Positions 44,649 to 58,504 of a stretch of DNA of 64,000 bases are shown in pieces. The DNA lies in the NCBI RefSeq assembly GCF_009914755.1, contig NC_060937.1. One strand, given 5' to 3'. A program made the translations under genes and the position numbers. This DNA is from the human T2T-CHM13v2.0 reference genome, Homo sapiens. Under the pieces are notes generated by a model, which had not been told where the DNA came from, made no database searches, and saw only the letters and a program-made list of their open reading frames with translations. Positions within the stretch are counted from its first letter, which is position 1, and every line of letters starts with the position of its first letter.

Positions 44649-45553
44649 TGAGACATGAAGCTGGCTGGGCTTCTGGGTTGAGTGGGGACTTGGAGAACTT
44701 TTCTGTCTAGCCAAAGGATTGTAAATGCACCAATCAGCACTCTGTGTCTAGCTAAAGATTTGTAAACACACCAATCAGCACTCTGTAAAATGGACCAATC
44801 AGCGCTCTGTAAAATGGACCAATCAGCAGGATGTGGGTGGGGCCAGATAAGGGAATAAAAGCAGACCACCCAAGCCAGCAGCAGCAACCTGCTTGGGTCC
44901 CCTTCCGTGCTGTGGAAGCTTTGTTCTTTTGCTCTTTGCAATACATCTTGCTGCTGCTCACTCTTTGGGTCCGCACTGTCTTTATGAGCTGCAACACTCA
45001 CCGCAAAGGTCTGCGGCTTCACTCCTGAAGCCAGCGAGACCACGAACCCACCGGAAGGAATGAACAACTCCAGAGGCGCTGCCTTTATGAGCTGTAACAC
45101 TCACCACGAAGGTCTGCAGCGTCACTCCTGAAGCCAGCAAGACAACGAACCCACCAGGAGGGACAAACAACTCCCAACAGGAGGAACGAACAACTCCAGA
45201 TGCGCCACCTTTATGAACTGTAACACTCACCACGAAGGTCTGCAGCTTCACTCCTGAAGCCAGCAAGACCACGAACCCACCAGGAGGGACAAAGAACTCC
45301 CGACGGGAGGAACAAACAACTCCAGATGTGCCACCTTTATGAACTGTAACACTCATCACAGAGGTCTGCAGCTTCACTCCTGAGGCCAGCGAGACCAGGA
45401 ACCCACCAGAAGGCAGAAACTCCGGACACGTCCAAATATCAGAAGGAACAAACTCTAGACACACCATCTTTAAGAACTGTAACACTCACCGCAAGGGTCT
45501 GCGGCTTCATTCTTGAAGTCAGCAAGACCAAGAACCCAACAATTCCGGACACA
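44649..45553 (+). mobile_element. Solo LTR12 (ERV9 LTR)
   Basis: TG...CA termini and a 4-bp TSD gtat (44645-44648, 45554-45557). It carries ccaatcagc repeats and the LTR12 U5 unit cttcactcctgaagccagc...gaacccacc. Confidence 0.95.
44725..44862 (+). promoter_or_regulatory. LTR12 U3 promoter motifs: four CCAAT boxes, GC box, GATA, TATA-like
   Basis: CCAAT at 44730, 44771, 44795 and 44819; GGGTGGGGC 44835-44843; AGATAA 44845-44850; AATAAAA 44854-44860. Activity cannot be shown from sequence. Confidence 0.7.
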
Positions 45554-45652
45554 GTATGAGAGGGCTTTAGTATTCCCAACTTAACTTGTTTAATATGTCT
45601 TTTAATCATTCATTGTGACACTTTGTTACATGTTGTTTGAGTGAATATATGG

Positions 45653-46055
45653 TGATATGGTTTGCATGTGTGTCCTTTCCAAATCCCATGTTGAAATGTG
45701 ATCCCCAGTGTTGGAGGTGGGGCCTGCTGGGAGGTGTTTAGGTCACGGGGCAGCTGTCTCACAAATGGCTTGGTGCTGTCTATGATAACGAGTGAGCTCT
45801 CGCTCTAAGCTCTAAATTCACAGGAGATCTGGTTGTTTGAAAGAGTTGGCGCCTCCTCTCTCTTTTGTTTCTGTTCTCGCCATGTGAAATCGCTTGCTCC
45901 CCTTTCACCTTCTGCCATGACTGGAAGCTTGCTGAGGCCTCACAAGGAGCAGACGCTGGTGCTACACTTCCTGTACAGCCTGCAGAATGGTGAGCCAATT
46001 AAACCTCTTTGCTTTAGAAATTGCTCAGTCTCAGGTATTTCTTTATAGCAATGCG
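45653..46055 (+). mobile_element. MaLR LTR (MST-type)
   Basis: tgatatggtttg...catgttgaaatgtgatccccagtgttggaggtggggcct...agccaattaaacctctt...cagtctcaggtatttctttatagcaatg. Confidence 0.9.
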
Positions 46056-47849
46056 TGTTTGCCCATTCATCTGTCTGCGAACCCTAAGTCATACACTTCT
46101 AGTTATTGTAGCCTTATATGTTTTCTTGTTGGTTCTCATCAATTTCTGGTGCTGTTCCTCACTGCTTCTTTTTTATAACGTCCATAATTTTCCTTAATGA
46201 AGTCGTTTTGAGAATTATATTAGATATATGTGGATATCTATGTGTGTGTGCACCTCTCTCTCTCTGTGTATACCCATCCATCTCTCCATTTTTCTTCAAG
46301 GCTCTTGTAAACTCTCACACATAAAAAGCAATCACATATAGTAACCATTAAGATTAATAACATCCAGAAAAATGTCTTTCTGGACTTGATCAGGAATAAT
46401 TATGCTTCTCTAGGAACTAGTTGGTACCTCATAATCACTGTAGAACTTGTATAAACATGTTTGTCTATCAAAGTGTATATTTGCTAGAAAAATTAGTCAC
46501 GCTTGGTCCGGGATTCTGGGAAACATGAGTGTCCTCATGATGAGCCTTTTAGGTTTTGGAGTGCCATTTTTTGTTTCCATCTTAATTTGTTTTATTTTTA
46601 ATTACTTTAAATTTTGATTAAATTTATTTGACCTGGATATAATTATTGCCGGACACATTATATTCTGTTAGAACAAGGCCAAATATAATAAACATTTCTT
46701 TTTATTTATTGTTGAATTGGCAGCAACTATAAGATGAAGATAATAATCTTTGTCTAGTGAGTAATACAGGAAAGTTCTCCCTCGCTCTTCAAGAGAGTGT
46801 TGCCTTTCCTTTCATTTGCTGTACCTTTGCATAATCCCACTGGCTTTACTTCATTTTACTCAACTTGAAATGACTTGGTTTATCCCAAGAGACAGCAAAT
46901 GTGACATTTGTCTAGAATGTTAACAGAATTCACTTTTTGGTGGTTCATATTAATATGCATTCTTTATTGCCAACTTTGCAGAGTTCTCACAGGAATTTAG
47001 CAAGTACATTTCTGTTGGATTGAGGCAGGATTTTTATCTTTTGCCTGTTGCCTTTTTCTCCGGAATTCTGAAAACTAAAATAACAACACAAAGAAGCAAC
47101 AGCAAAAGCCACAGCAGCAATACTGCAGACCTCCATCTAAACTAGCTACTAAGGTTCTTTCTGCATCTGGTCCCACCTGCTCTGCTTTTCCTTTTGTATT
47201 GCACAATTTAAGATTATAGGATGCAGCCCATTAGCTTCCATTTGCTTAGAGGGGGTCCCTCTCTCCTTCCCCACCCCCATCTGCATGCACATGTGCTCAG
47301 CCAGATGCATGCTCACACACGTACACACATTATGCTTTATCCCATCATGCTTCCTGGAAATTAAGATTTCAACATTGATTCCTAGAAAAAATGTTAGAGA
47401 CAGTCCTCTGCAGAAGTAGGCATTTTAGTCTTCTGGCACACTAAGACTCTGGGTGTTACATCCAAGAAGGGTATACCCAAGAGAAAGAATGAATATACAT
47501 ATCATTGGGTGAATGGTCTCTGTTTAGTTCCGTATATGTAATAGTTAATGATAAGCTATTTCCGCGTCTGGAAATAACTTGTCGGTTTGTCTTATTTTTC
47601 TGTAATATGATTTTTTTTTACCTTTTGCATTTGTCTGGAAAGTCGCAAAAGACTGATTAAAAATAATCTCCTAAACTGGAATTGGGGACTATTTTTAAAG
47701 TTTTAAACTTTCTATACAACACAGAAAACTGAGTGCCCACCATTCCATTAATTCTCCAGTCATTTACCCTTGGATGCTGGGCTACCTCAGTGCTGCTAGG
47801 AATTCAGCATGCCATGCTAAGACATGGGCTTTCCATGCATTTAAGAAGG

Positions 47850-48010
47850 ACAACTGCTACTACTTGTTAAGTGCCTGTTTACATGGCAGGCGCAGTGCTA
47901 ACTACTTTGCACCTGTTACTTCCTTTAATCTTCCTACCAATCCTCTAAGTTATGTATTATTATCCTGTTTTATTGATAGGAAATTGTGGGTAGCCATGAG
48001 AGACTGACAA
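47850..48010 (-). mobile_element. MIR
   Basis: ttgttaagtgcctg...ggcaggcgcagtgctaa...tttaatcttcc...tattattatcctgttttattgataggaaattg. Confidence 0.7.
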
Positions 48011-49907
48011 TAGAGTCTCACTACAGACTGTATTTTTTGTAGGCAAGACTACATAAATCATGTGCCTGTTTTGTTGTTCAAAATTCCACCGACATTCTTT
48101 ATGCAGTAGAGCTAAAAGGCATACAGACACAAATGTATGAACTGTCCTCTTTTTGTAGGCAAGAATCCACAAAATATTTAATAACACGGTCATGTTTTCA
48201 TCACTGAAAACATACTTGAGGAAGCTCATTATAATGGAATGAGACAATACTTTTCATTAATGACTTTCATTTATTTTTAAAATTTGAACAATGGAACAGT
48301 CTGATTATTAAAATAATATTAATGTAAGATGGCAATTAAATAGTTGGGAAATTGCAAATAAGATGATTGGTGAAAAACTACCAAAATAAGATGAGCTGCA
48401 AAAATAGGTTCTCCCTGAAAGAGTACTCTTCTAGGGTTAGGGGTAGGAAACAGGATGCTTTATTCAAGGAAAGTCATAATTCTGATCATTGCAGTTCAGT
48501 GGACCAATGATATTAATATACAACAGCAGGAAAAGATGGCCAATTTTATGTGATTCATCCTCTAAAAGGAAGTACACAGGATATTATTTTATCATTTCAT
48601 CATTATGCCACAGATGAGTCACCACAAAAATAAATTCCAACAGGAGCAAGGAAAAAAAAACCCTAATGTTATAGTAGAAAGGAAATAATGAAAATTAATT
48701 TTACAGTTTTTTTTGGGGGGGGAGACAATGACAATAAACTATATATATATATATATATCTCATGGTATCACTTTAAAATAAGCCAAATTGTTAGTTTCTA
48801 TTGCAGAGTCATGCTCAACCATGGATAACAATCTGGCCTAAAGCTTCAGATGAGACTCAATTTTATGAAACTGTGAAAGATTTGACACAGTAACAGCCTC
48901 ACAGAAAAAAATATAAAATATCTCCAAAGATGCCTGAAATTTATCAACTGATCATAAATTCTTGTCTTTCATCAATAAAAATGAATTTTGTTCAATGAAA
49001 ATACCTCCTCATAGAAATAACATTTCTTCCAGTGTAACTTTCCTCAAAATAGCTCTTCTGCTATTCTCCAAGAAAAAAAAAATTAAAAAAAATAAAGTAA
49101 AAATCTTCAAAAGCTCCCTTGTGTCACAGTTCCAACCACTGAAGACCCTCCATGTCTGGTTTCCCATTGCTACTGCCATCCTTTGGTCATATGTCCCTCC
49201 ATGCCTGTGATTCTCCATGTCTCTAATTTACTCATTTGGTTTTTCTTATATGGAATGCCTTCATCTAATGCCATGACCCAAATCTCTACCTGTTGAAATT
49301 ATATTCACCCCTAAAGACAAATCTTTATAAAGCTCTGCACACCTCCTTCTCTGGAAGCAATATTTTTCTCTCATTAAATGAGCTGATATTTGGAAGTGCT
49401 AGGCACACAGTAAATTCCCAGAATTTTAAAATACTCTCCCAAATGTCTTTGCTATTACTTTAGAACTGAGTACATCTATTGTAGCATATGTCACCTTTGG
49501 CTTACTTGAGATCTTTCTTATGTGTTCTACTATGGGATGAGTTGTTTCAGTCCTTCCTTGGGTTCTTGACAATGCTATAGTTAAAGAGGGCAGTGAGTAC
49601 ATTTGTTCATGTCGGTATGCTTCCTAGCTGTGTTGCATAAAGAATGTTGATAGAATTATGAATGAAAAACCAAGAACATGATTTATTTATCTTCATCATA
49701 AATGGGTATATCAGATATTTTGTGAAAGATGATTTTCAGTGGTGTGGCAGACTGAGGGAGGGTAAAGCTGAGGCTATGACATTCAAAGAGGACACAATAT
49801 CCTCAATGCAAACAAAGGCAAAAGACTGTGAGGCTGCGGACAGTAAAGGCAAACACTGGGATGGCCTGCCCTAGATCATGCTCATTTTAAAAAGTCTATC
49901 CATCTGA

Positions 49908-51538
<1,631 letters not shown>

Positions 51539-52451
51539 AAAAAGTCTATCCATCTGAGAGTCCATGGAGTACTGTTTCTTCTTCTCAAAAATTTATTAGT
51601 GAACCTCAGTTTCTCATCCTGTATGGAAAAAAATGATTCAAAAACCCCAGGAAATTCTGGATAAAATGCAAAAAGCATCCTTTTAAAGGTGAATAGTCCA
51701 AGAAAATAATTAAAAACTCCAGGGACCAAAAGCTAAGAAGTAGCTTGAATCAAGAAAAGTCAGTTTCTCTAGAGAATTTCCGATCTCTGCTAGACTTTGG
51801 TTTTTAATGTTGTGTCAGAGATAAGGTACAAAGTCATGAACCTTTGAAAGGAGGAGACTGCTGAGATACTTGAGCAAAGCTATATAGTTATTGGTTTTAA
51901 ACCTCAGAGAGGAGGTTGATCCAGATCCAGTAAAAAAAATTCAATGGCAAAAGGGGATGACAAGGGAGCCTGTGCCTCTTGACTTGGGCACTCACATATG
52001 GAACCACGTTATGACACAGCTGGCATATGATGCAGAACTAGGGGGCATGAATAGATTGGTCAATAAATGGTACTGTGGCAATTGTTTATCCAAATGGAAA
52101 TAAAATTGTTCCCTCTCTCACAGCAGCCACAAAAATCAATTCAGGCTAAATGAAGAGCTAAGTGTTTCAAGCAAAATAAAGCCTGACCAGACCAAGTGTT
52201 CCTGAGTGGTAAAGTAGAGAATACTCTCATATACTGCTGATAGCTTAGGATAAATTGGTAAAACTACTTTGGAATGAAAGTTTATCAATACCAATGAGAA
52301 ATGAGGATATGTTTATTCTAAGACCCAGCAACTCTATTCCCAGATACATACCCTAAAAAGAATTATTTCACATGTGCACAAATCAATGTACAAAAATGTT
52401 CAGAGCAGTACTGTTTGGATTTACAATATTTAGAAACATCCAACACCTGGA

Positions 52452-53179
52452 TGCATTACTTTTCTATTGATGTGTAACAAATTACCACAAACGAAGCAGC
52501 TTAACACTCATTTGTTACTTCACAGTTTTTGAAGGTCAGAATGTGGGCATGGTGTAATATAACTGTGCTCTCAGCTCAGAGTCTCAAAAGGTGGAAATCA
52601 AGATGCTGGCTGGGCTTTGGTCTCATCTGGAGCTTGCGGTCTTCTTCTAACTTCATTTGGGTTATTATCAGAGGGTTGTTCCTTAGGGTTGCAGGACTGA
52701 GAGTCCTGCTTTCTTGATGGCTGTTGCCCAGGGTCTTGGCCACACAGCACTTCACAACATGGAGGCTTACTTTTTTTTTCCTATTTATTAATTTATTTAT
52801 TAATTTATTATACTTTAAGTTCTAGGGTACATGTGCACAACGTGCAGGTTTGTTACATATGTATACATGTGCCACGTTGGTGTGCTGCACCCGTTAACTC
52901 ATCATTTACATTAGGTATATCTCCTAATGCAAGCCAACAGAAGACCCTTTCTTGCTTTAAATCTAAGAAAAGGCCAGTACCTCTGATTAGGACAGGCCCA
53001 CACATGACAATCTCTATTTATGACTGACTCAACATTAAATGCTTAGCAACCTATTCACAGGAATGACAGCCCATCATATTCACAAATCCTACCAGTATCG
53101 AAGGGTAGGGGATGATGCAGGGTATGGACACTCGTGCGGAGATATCATGGGGGACAGCTTAGAATCTGCCTACTGCACA
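52452..53179 (-). mobile_element. MaLR LTR (MLT1-type), interrupted by an L1PA 3' fragment
   Basis: ttctattgatgtgtaacaaattaccacaaac...ttagaatctgcctac. Confidence 0.75.
52771..52930 (-). mobile_element. Short L1PA 3' end
   Basis: ttattatactttaagttctagggtacatgtgcacaacgtgcaggtttgttac...ttaggtatatctcctaatgc. Confidence 0.95.
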
Positions 53180-55354
53180 GGAAAATGAAAAAATAAATTG
53201 TGTTCTGTCTGTATAAAGAATGTATTATATATGCAATATAATATGTAGTTGCTTTTTATACAGTAATGACAATAAATAAAATACAGCTCCATGTACTCAT
53301 TTAGGTAACTCTCATAAACATAATATTGAGCAATAAAAGCAATTAGCAGGAGAAATAGTACAGAATGAGACCATATAAGGCAAGTTTAAATTACACAAAA
53401 GATATATGATTTTCAGTTGATGTCCATATATGCATTAAAAGTATAAAGAAATTTATTAACAAAACACACATCAAAATCAGAAAAGTGATTCTCCATGGGA
53501 GAGTGAGAGGACAGAGATCAGGAAGAGGCACCCAGGGACTTCAGGTCTATTGCAATTTAGTGTTTGTTAAGTATGGCCACAGAGGAGTATGTTTTATTAT
53601 TATTCATATCTTTTTGCACATCAAATATTTCATGATAAAATTAAAAATACATGAAAGACAGAACAAAAATTAAAGATTTCAGCAATATTAATTGAACTAA
53701 TAGTTTTAAATATTAAAATAAACCTTGAATCTATTAAAAATGTCACACACTCTCACTACATCTGACAAATAATTTAAAAAATTAAGGAGCAAATTGTTTC
53801 TTCAAATTTTTTGGTAATTCCTTTAATACAACTAACTGCACGACTAGTCATTTTGGTGGCAAGAGGAAAGGAAAGTTAATTTTTAATTATGTGTTTTATA
53901 GCATTTGTTGCTTCTATCGTGCAATAACTGTTTTGGACATATTTTATAAGTGAAAACTCAATAGAGCAAGTAATTAACATTTAGAGAATGAAAATTAAGA
54001 AAACCTATATCAAATAAATCATACTAAAATTTAAGTACTTTGTGTTATAGAGGATAATATATTACTTAGAAATAAAAACTATCCCCATTTATACAACCGC
54101 TAAACATATGAGGTCTGTTTATTATTTTAGTGGGAAATCAGAAGGAATAAAGGTACAGAGCTGGTTAAAGATGGACAGTGAATGTTTACTGCATTTATTT
54201 CAGTAATTTAGAGGCAGTTGCTTTCTATAATAAATGGAGGAAAAACTGAGTAAAATCTTACTGAAGCTGCTTATGAGCTTTTGTTAGGCAATTATGGAAA
54301 AACATGCAATTTGTTTTTGTTACAGAAAGACTGTGGTTGTTCTTGCTTATGGCAATCTGTCTTAGGACCTGTACAGGCTGTTCCAGAATGAATAGTTCAT
54401 CTAAATTGTACTCATACAATATATTCATCCCAACAAAACAGGAACTGTTGCATATTGCCTTACATCAGGATTTCATCTTGTTATTTCTATTTAGCAGTGT
54501 AGCTGTTTGGTCCAAACTAGAACAGAAAGTTATTGGCTTGAGATGACAAAGTTGTTTTATTAAATTCTATCAATATAGCATTCTTTGTTTTTCCATCGAG
54601 TAGAATTCGAGCATCCCTTCTCCATCTCTTGGGCTTATATACTGATAGAGTCCTAGCTGTCTTCCTTTCTGACTCTACTTACTGATGCTTACAGATCCCA
54701 CTGCACAGTGTTAAGTGCTCTTGGAGGTGTAAGGAATGCACATGCTCTCAACCTCAAGGTACCTGTAGACTAGCAAAGGCAGTAAGACCCATGTGTAATG
54801 TCAATGGTATGTGATAGAAACTGACCAGTACCATAAAAACAGGGAGAGCAGGAATCCATAACTGATCTACTCTGTGTCCAGCCCTATGCTAGCTACTTTG
54901 CAGGTACCTACCTATTTGGGCATCTTGGGAAGGATCTGGGGTCCAGATGTTTCTGGTGAAAGGAATTAAACACCAGCTTTCTTTCTACCACGTCTATTTA
55001 CAAACCTTGTTTGCATGGGGAATATAGGAGCAGCTTTGGAGACAGAGCTGAGAGAAATCTTGTCCAGGTTTTGGGTCTGACCCAAGTAGTTGTCTTCACA
55101 ACATCTACTCCTTCCCATGTGATTAACCAAAGCCAGTAATTTTAATTCTAGGAATGACCCTGTTACTCAATCCTGCCAATGAGAGATGACAGCAAGTTTG
55201 CTGGAAGGAAAGGGATGATAGAAAAGGTTTCCTGGTCCTAAGGAGGAGGCCTGGGAACAGAGGACCCACATATTCCTCTAGATGTCATCAGGAAGCCTGG
55301 AAATGTCACATCCATTTTGCTAACATAGGAAGACAACCCATGGAGAAGGTCACT

Positions 55355-56225
55355 GTATGAGTTTGCTAGGGCTGTGGTAAAAAAGCTCCACAAACCTGGT
55401 GGCTTAAAACAACAGAAATGTATTGTCTCACAGGTATGGAGGCCAGAAGTCTAAAATTAAGGTGTTAGCAGGGCTGTGCTCTGACAGCTCTAGGGAAAAA
55501 AATCTTCCCTTGTATCTTACGGCTTCTGGTGTTTGCCAGCATTCTTTGACATTCCTTGGCTTGTAGATGCCATTCCAGTCCCATGGCCATATCCCCGTGT
55601 CATACAGTTTAGATCTGTGTCCCCACCCAAATCTCATGTTCAATTGTAATCCCCAATATTGGAGGTGGGGCCTGATGGGAGTGATTAGATTATAGGGGTG
55701 GTTTCTCAGGAATGGTTGAGCACCATCTTCTCAGTGCTGTTCTCATGACACTGAGTGAGTCATCATGAAATCAGGTTGCTTAAAAGTGTGTAGCACCTCC
55801 TCTCTCTTTCTTTTCCTCCTGCTCCAGCCATATAAGACTTGCCTGCTTCCCCTTTGCCTTCTGCTGTGATTGTAAGTTTCTTGTGGTTTCCCCAGGAGCC
55901 AAGCAGATGCTGCCATGCTTCCTATACAACCTGCAGAACCGGGAGCAATTAAACCTCTCTTCTTTGTAATTACCCAGTCTCAGATATTTCTTTATAGCAA
56001 TGTGAGAGCAGGCTAATATACTGTGGGTCTATATCATCTTCCTCTTATGCATATTTGTGTCTGTTCTTTCCCTTTTCATAAAAGCATCAGGCATACTGGA
56101 TTAGGGTCCACCCTGATTACTTCATTTTAACTTGATTACCTGTATTTCAAATAAAGTTATATTTTGAGGTTCTGGGAGTTGGGATATCAACATACATTTT
56201 TGGGGGAACACTGACAATTCAAACA
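55355..56225 (-). mobile_element. MLT1 (B/C-like) LTR, split by an MST LTR
   Basis: tgtatgagtttgctagggctg...ggtggcttaaaacaacagaaatgtattgtctcacag...; resumes after 56025 and runs to acaattcaaacaaca. Confidence 0.85.
55600..56020 (+). mobile_element. MST-type (MSTA-like) MaLR LTR
   Basis: tgtgtccccacccaaatctcatgtt...aattacccagtctcagatatttctttatagcaatgtgaga..ctaata; 5-bp TSD ccgtg/ctgtg. Confidence 0.9.
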
Positions 56226-58171
56226 ACAATTAAGAGAATTTCAGTGAAAGATCCAGTCCTGACTTCCTGAAAGCTACCTGATCTCTTGAATTTTATGGAA
56301 TAAATTTCCTTATTCTTAAAGTCAACTGGAATCAAGTTTTCTGTTACTTGCAGCCAAAGTGTTTGCAACGGAATTATGCAGACGCTTCTGATTGGATAGG
56401 GTAAGGGGAATGATGGAGGGTAATGAGGATCCTGGAGGAATGAACAATACTGGGAAAAGGAATCCGGCATGCTGAGCCTCACCCAGTATGTAAGGATGAC
56501 AGATGTTTGTGTTGGTTCAGCATTGTTGCTCATTCTCCATTCAAACACCTCTTCACAAGCTGTCACTTGGAACATCCTTTCACCTGTCTCATGTGTGGGA
56601 TCTTCTTAGACAAATGCTGTTTCTGCTGTGGCACAGAGACTATCAGGTGCTGGTTTGGGATCCTGACATGATCATTCCTAACACTCACAGGCTGTGCCCC
56701 AAAATGTTAATACCTCTATACCTTTCTTGATTTCCTGAAGTCCTCTGGGAAGTTTGTGATGAACTATTCCAGAGGCCTTTCCTTCCAGGTACAGATTGAC
56801 AAAATATTTATATTCTTGGCACTCAATAAGTATTTCCTAACTGAACACTTTCTAGTGTGTTTGCTTGGCTAGAAGTGACCTAATGGATAATAGTTGGTAG
56901 GAGCAGTAGACAACTTCAAATCCAGCTGTCCAGCTGTGTAACTTTGTGTGGGTTATGCAAGCTCTCCAAGCTTCAAAGTCTTACTATGTGTAAGTAGGGC
57001 TCTTAGTTATCATGCCTGTTTGATAGACATCATTACCATTTTAAAAATGAATGAAGCTCAGACAAATTAAGTGTCACCTAAGACTACACACCTGGTAAAT
57101 AGTGCTGAAGCAGATTCAGGGTGAGTGCCCTCCCCAAGCCTCCCATGTGCTTCCACACTTTATTTTCCCACACCATTCTGCAGCCCTATAAACATTGCTG
57201 GGAGGCAGCCTCCAAGACGGCCTGGACCCAAGTCAAGATAACATAGACAATTGCTGATTTTTAAAGTCTGTATTTCACTTTGCGATACATCATGTGATTT
57301 TTCTTGCAGAAAATTTGTTCTGGTCATGTCCTGTGCCTTGGCTAATACTGTAATTAACCAACCTACCTTAAGCACTCAACCACTGGATAATGTCTAGAGA
57401 AGGGAGGGAAAAGAAACCCAGGGATGTGCGTCTGACGACAAATCTAGCCTTGAGTAAAATATGTTTTTAATCATCTCTCCTGAATGATTTTCTATCTGGC
57501 AAGTAAGACCAATTGGTGATGCTTTATTTGATTAGGGATGATAATGACCCCTTTTGTAATTGTAATATTTTTTAACATTTCCTTGTAAAATTTTATTACT
57601 CTTCATGGATTTCACCTTTAGTAACATTTATGTGAAAGGAAAAATATACTCCTTCTAGTCACTTCACACGTTCAGGCTGTCACCATTGTCAGCTGCTGAA
57701 TAACTGATTAGGGGGCCTGGGAGAGGCCGAGCTGCTTTCATTATGATGGTCAAAATAATCAGGCAAAATGGTGCAATTGAGTAATTGGAGATCTGAAAAT
57801 GTAATACTACTTGATTACTATTATAGCTGGAAAATAGAGCAAGTATAGAGGGGCTAAGTCAGGAATGGATCTAAAAAGCAGCCTTGCCATTTATACAGAT
57901 AATATTATCAATTTCAAATATATTACATAGGCTGTAATCTAGTCTTTTAAGAAATACTTTCTAAGCCCAGTTGTGTCATCTTTGTATATTATTTAATACA
58001 CAAAATGCAGAAGAAAAAAAAACACATTTCGGCTTACATCTTGGTTGTGAAGAATAAAAATGTAAAGAATGATTTGCCCAGTATCACATAGCTAAAAAGC
58101 AATGGGGCATTGATGCACAATCGGACTTGTAGGGACAGAAGTACAGACTCTTAAATGCATTTTTTAAAAAT

Positions 58172-58281
58172 AGAGGCCCACAGTCCTTATTCACAACTCC
58201 AAAATTTAAAAATTTCTGAAAATACTTGAAGGTCCTTTTGAATTTTTTTTTTTTCTTATAGTACATTTAGTAGCAAAATCT
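58172..58281 (+). mobile_element. Probable Tigger-type DNA transposon fragment, cut off at 58281
   Basis: aggcccacagtccttattcacaactccaaaatttaaaaatttctgaaaa...catttagtagcaaaatc resembles a recalled old Tigger end. Family assignment is tentative. Confidence 0.45.
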
Positions 58282-58504
58282 ACTGCAACCTCTGACTCCC
58301 TGGTTCAAATGATTCTCCTGCCTCAGCCTCCTGAGTAGCTGGGATTACAGGCACACGCCACCACACCCAGCTAATTTTTGTGTTTTTAGTAGAGACAGGG
58401 TTCCACCATGTTGGCCAGGATGGTCTCCATCTCCTGACCTCATGATCCGCCCACCTCAGCCTCTCAAAGTGCTGGGATTACAGGCATGAGCCCTGCACCT
58501 GGCC
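58282..58504 (-). mobile_element. Alu (AluS-like) lacking its 3' ~60 nt and poly-A tail
   Basis: Begins abruptly at actgcaacctctg and ends normally at cctggcc. Confidence 0.93.

Larger units (their letters stand above)
55110..56370 (+). mobile_element. Old MLT1 (J/K-like) LTR, split by younger LTRs
   Basis: Left part tcctgccaatgagagatg...; right part aataaatttccttattcttaaagtcaactggaatcaagttttctgttacttgcagccaaag. Confidence 0.6.

Noticed and set aside
44447-45485. 217-aa and 167-aa minus-strand ORFs
   Set aside because: Antisense reading of LTR12 repeats gives repetitive peptides with no splice or domain support.
44981-45540. Regularly spaced repeats resembling a CRISPR array
   Set aside because: Whole 103-133 bp units are homologous, there are no unique spacers or cas genes, and this is the LTR12 U5 tandem repeat in a primate genome.
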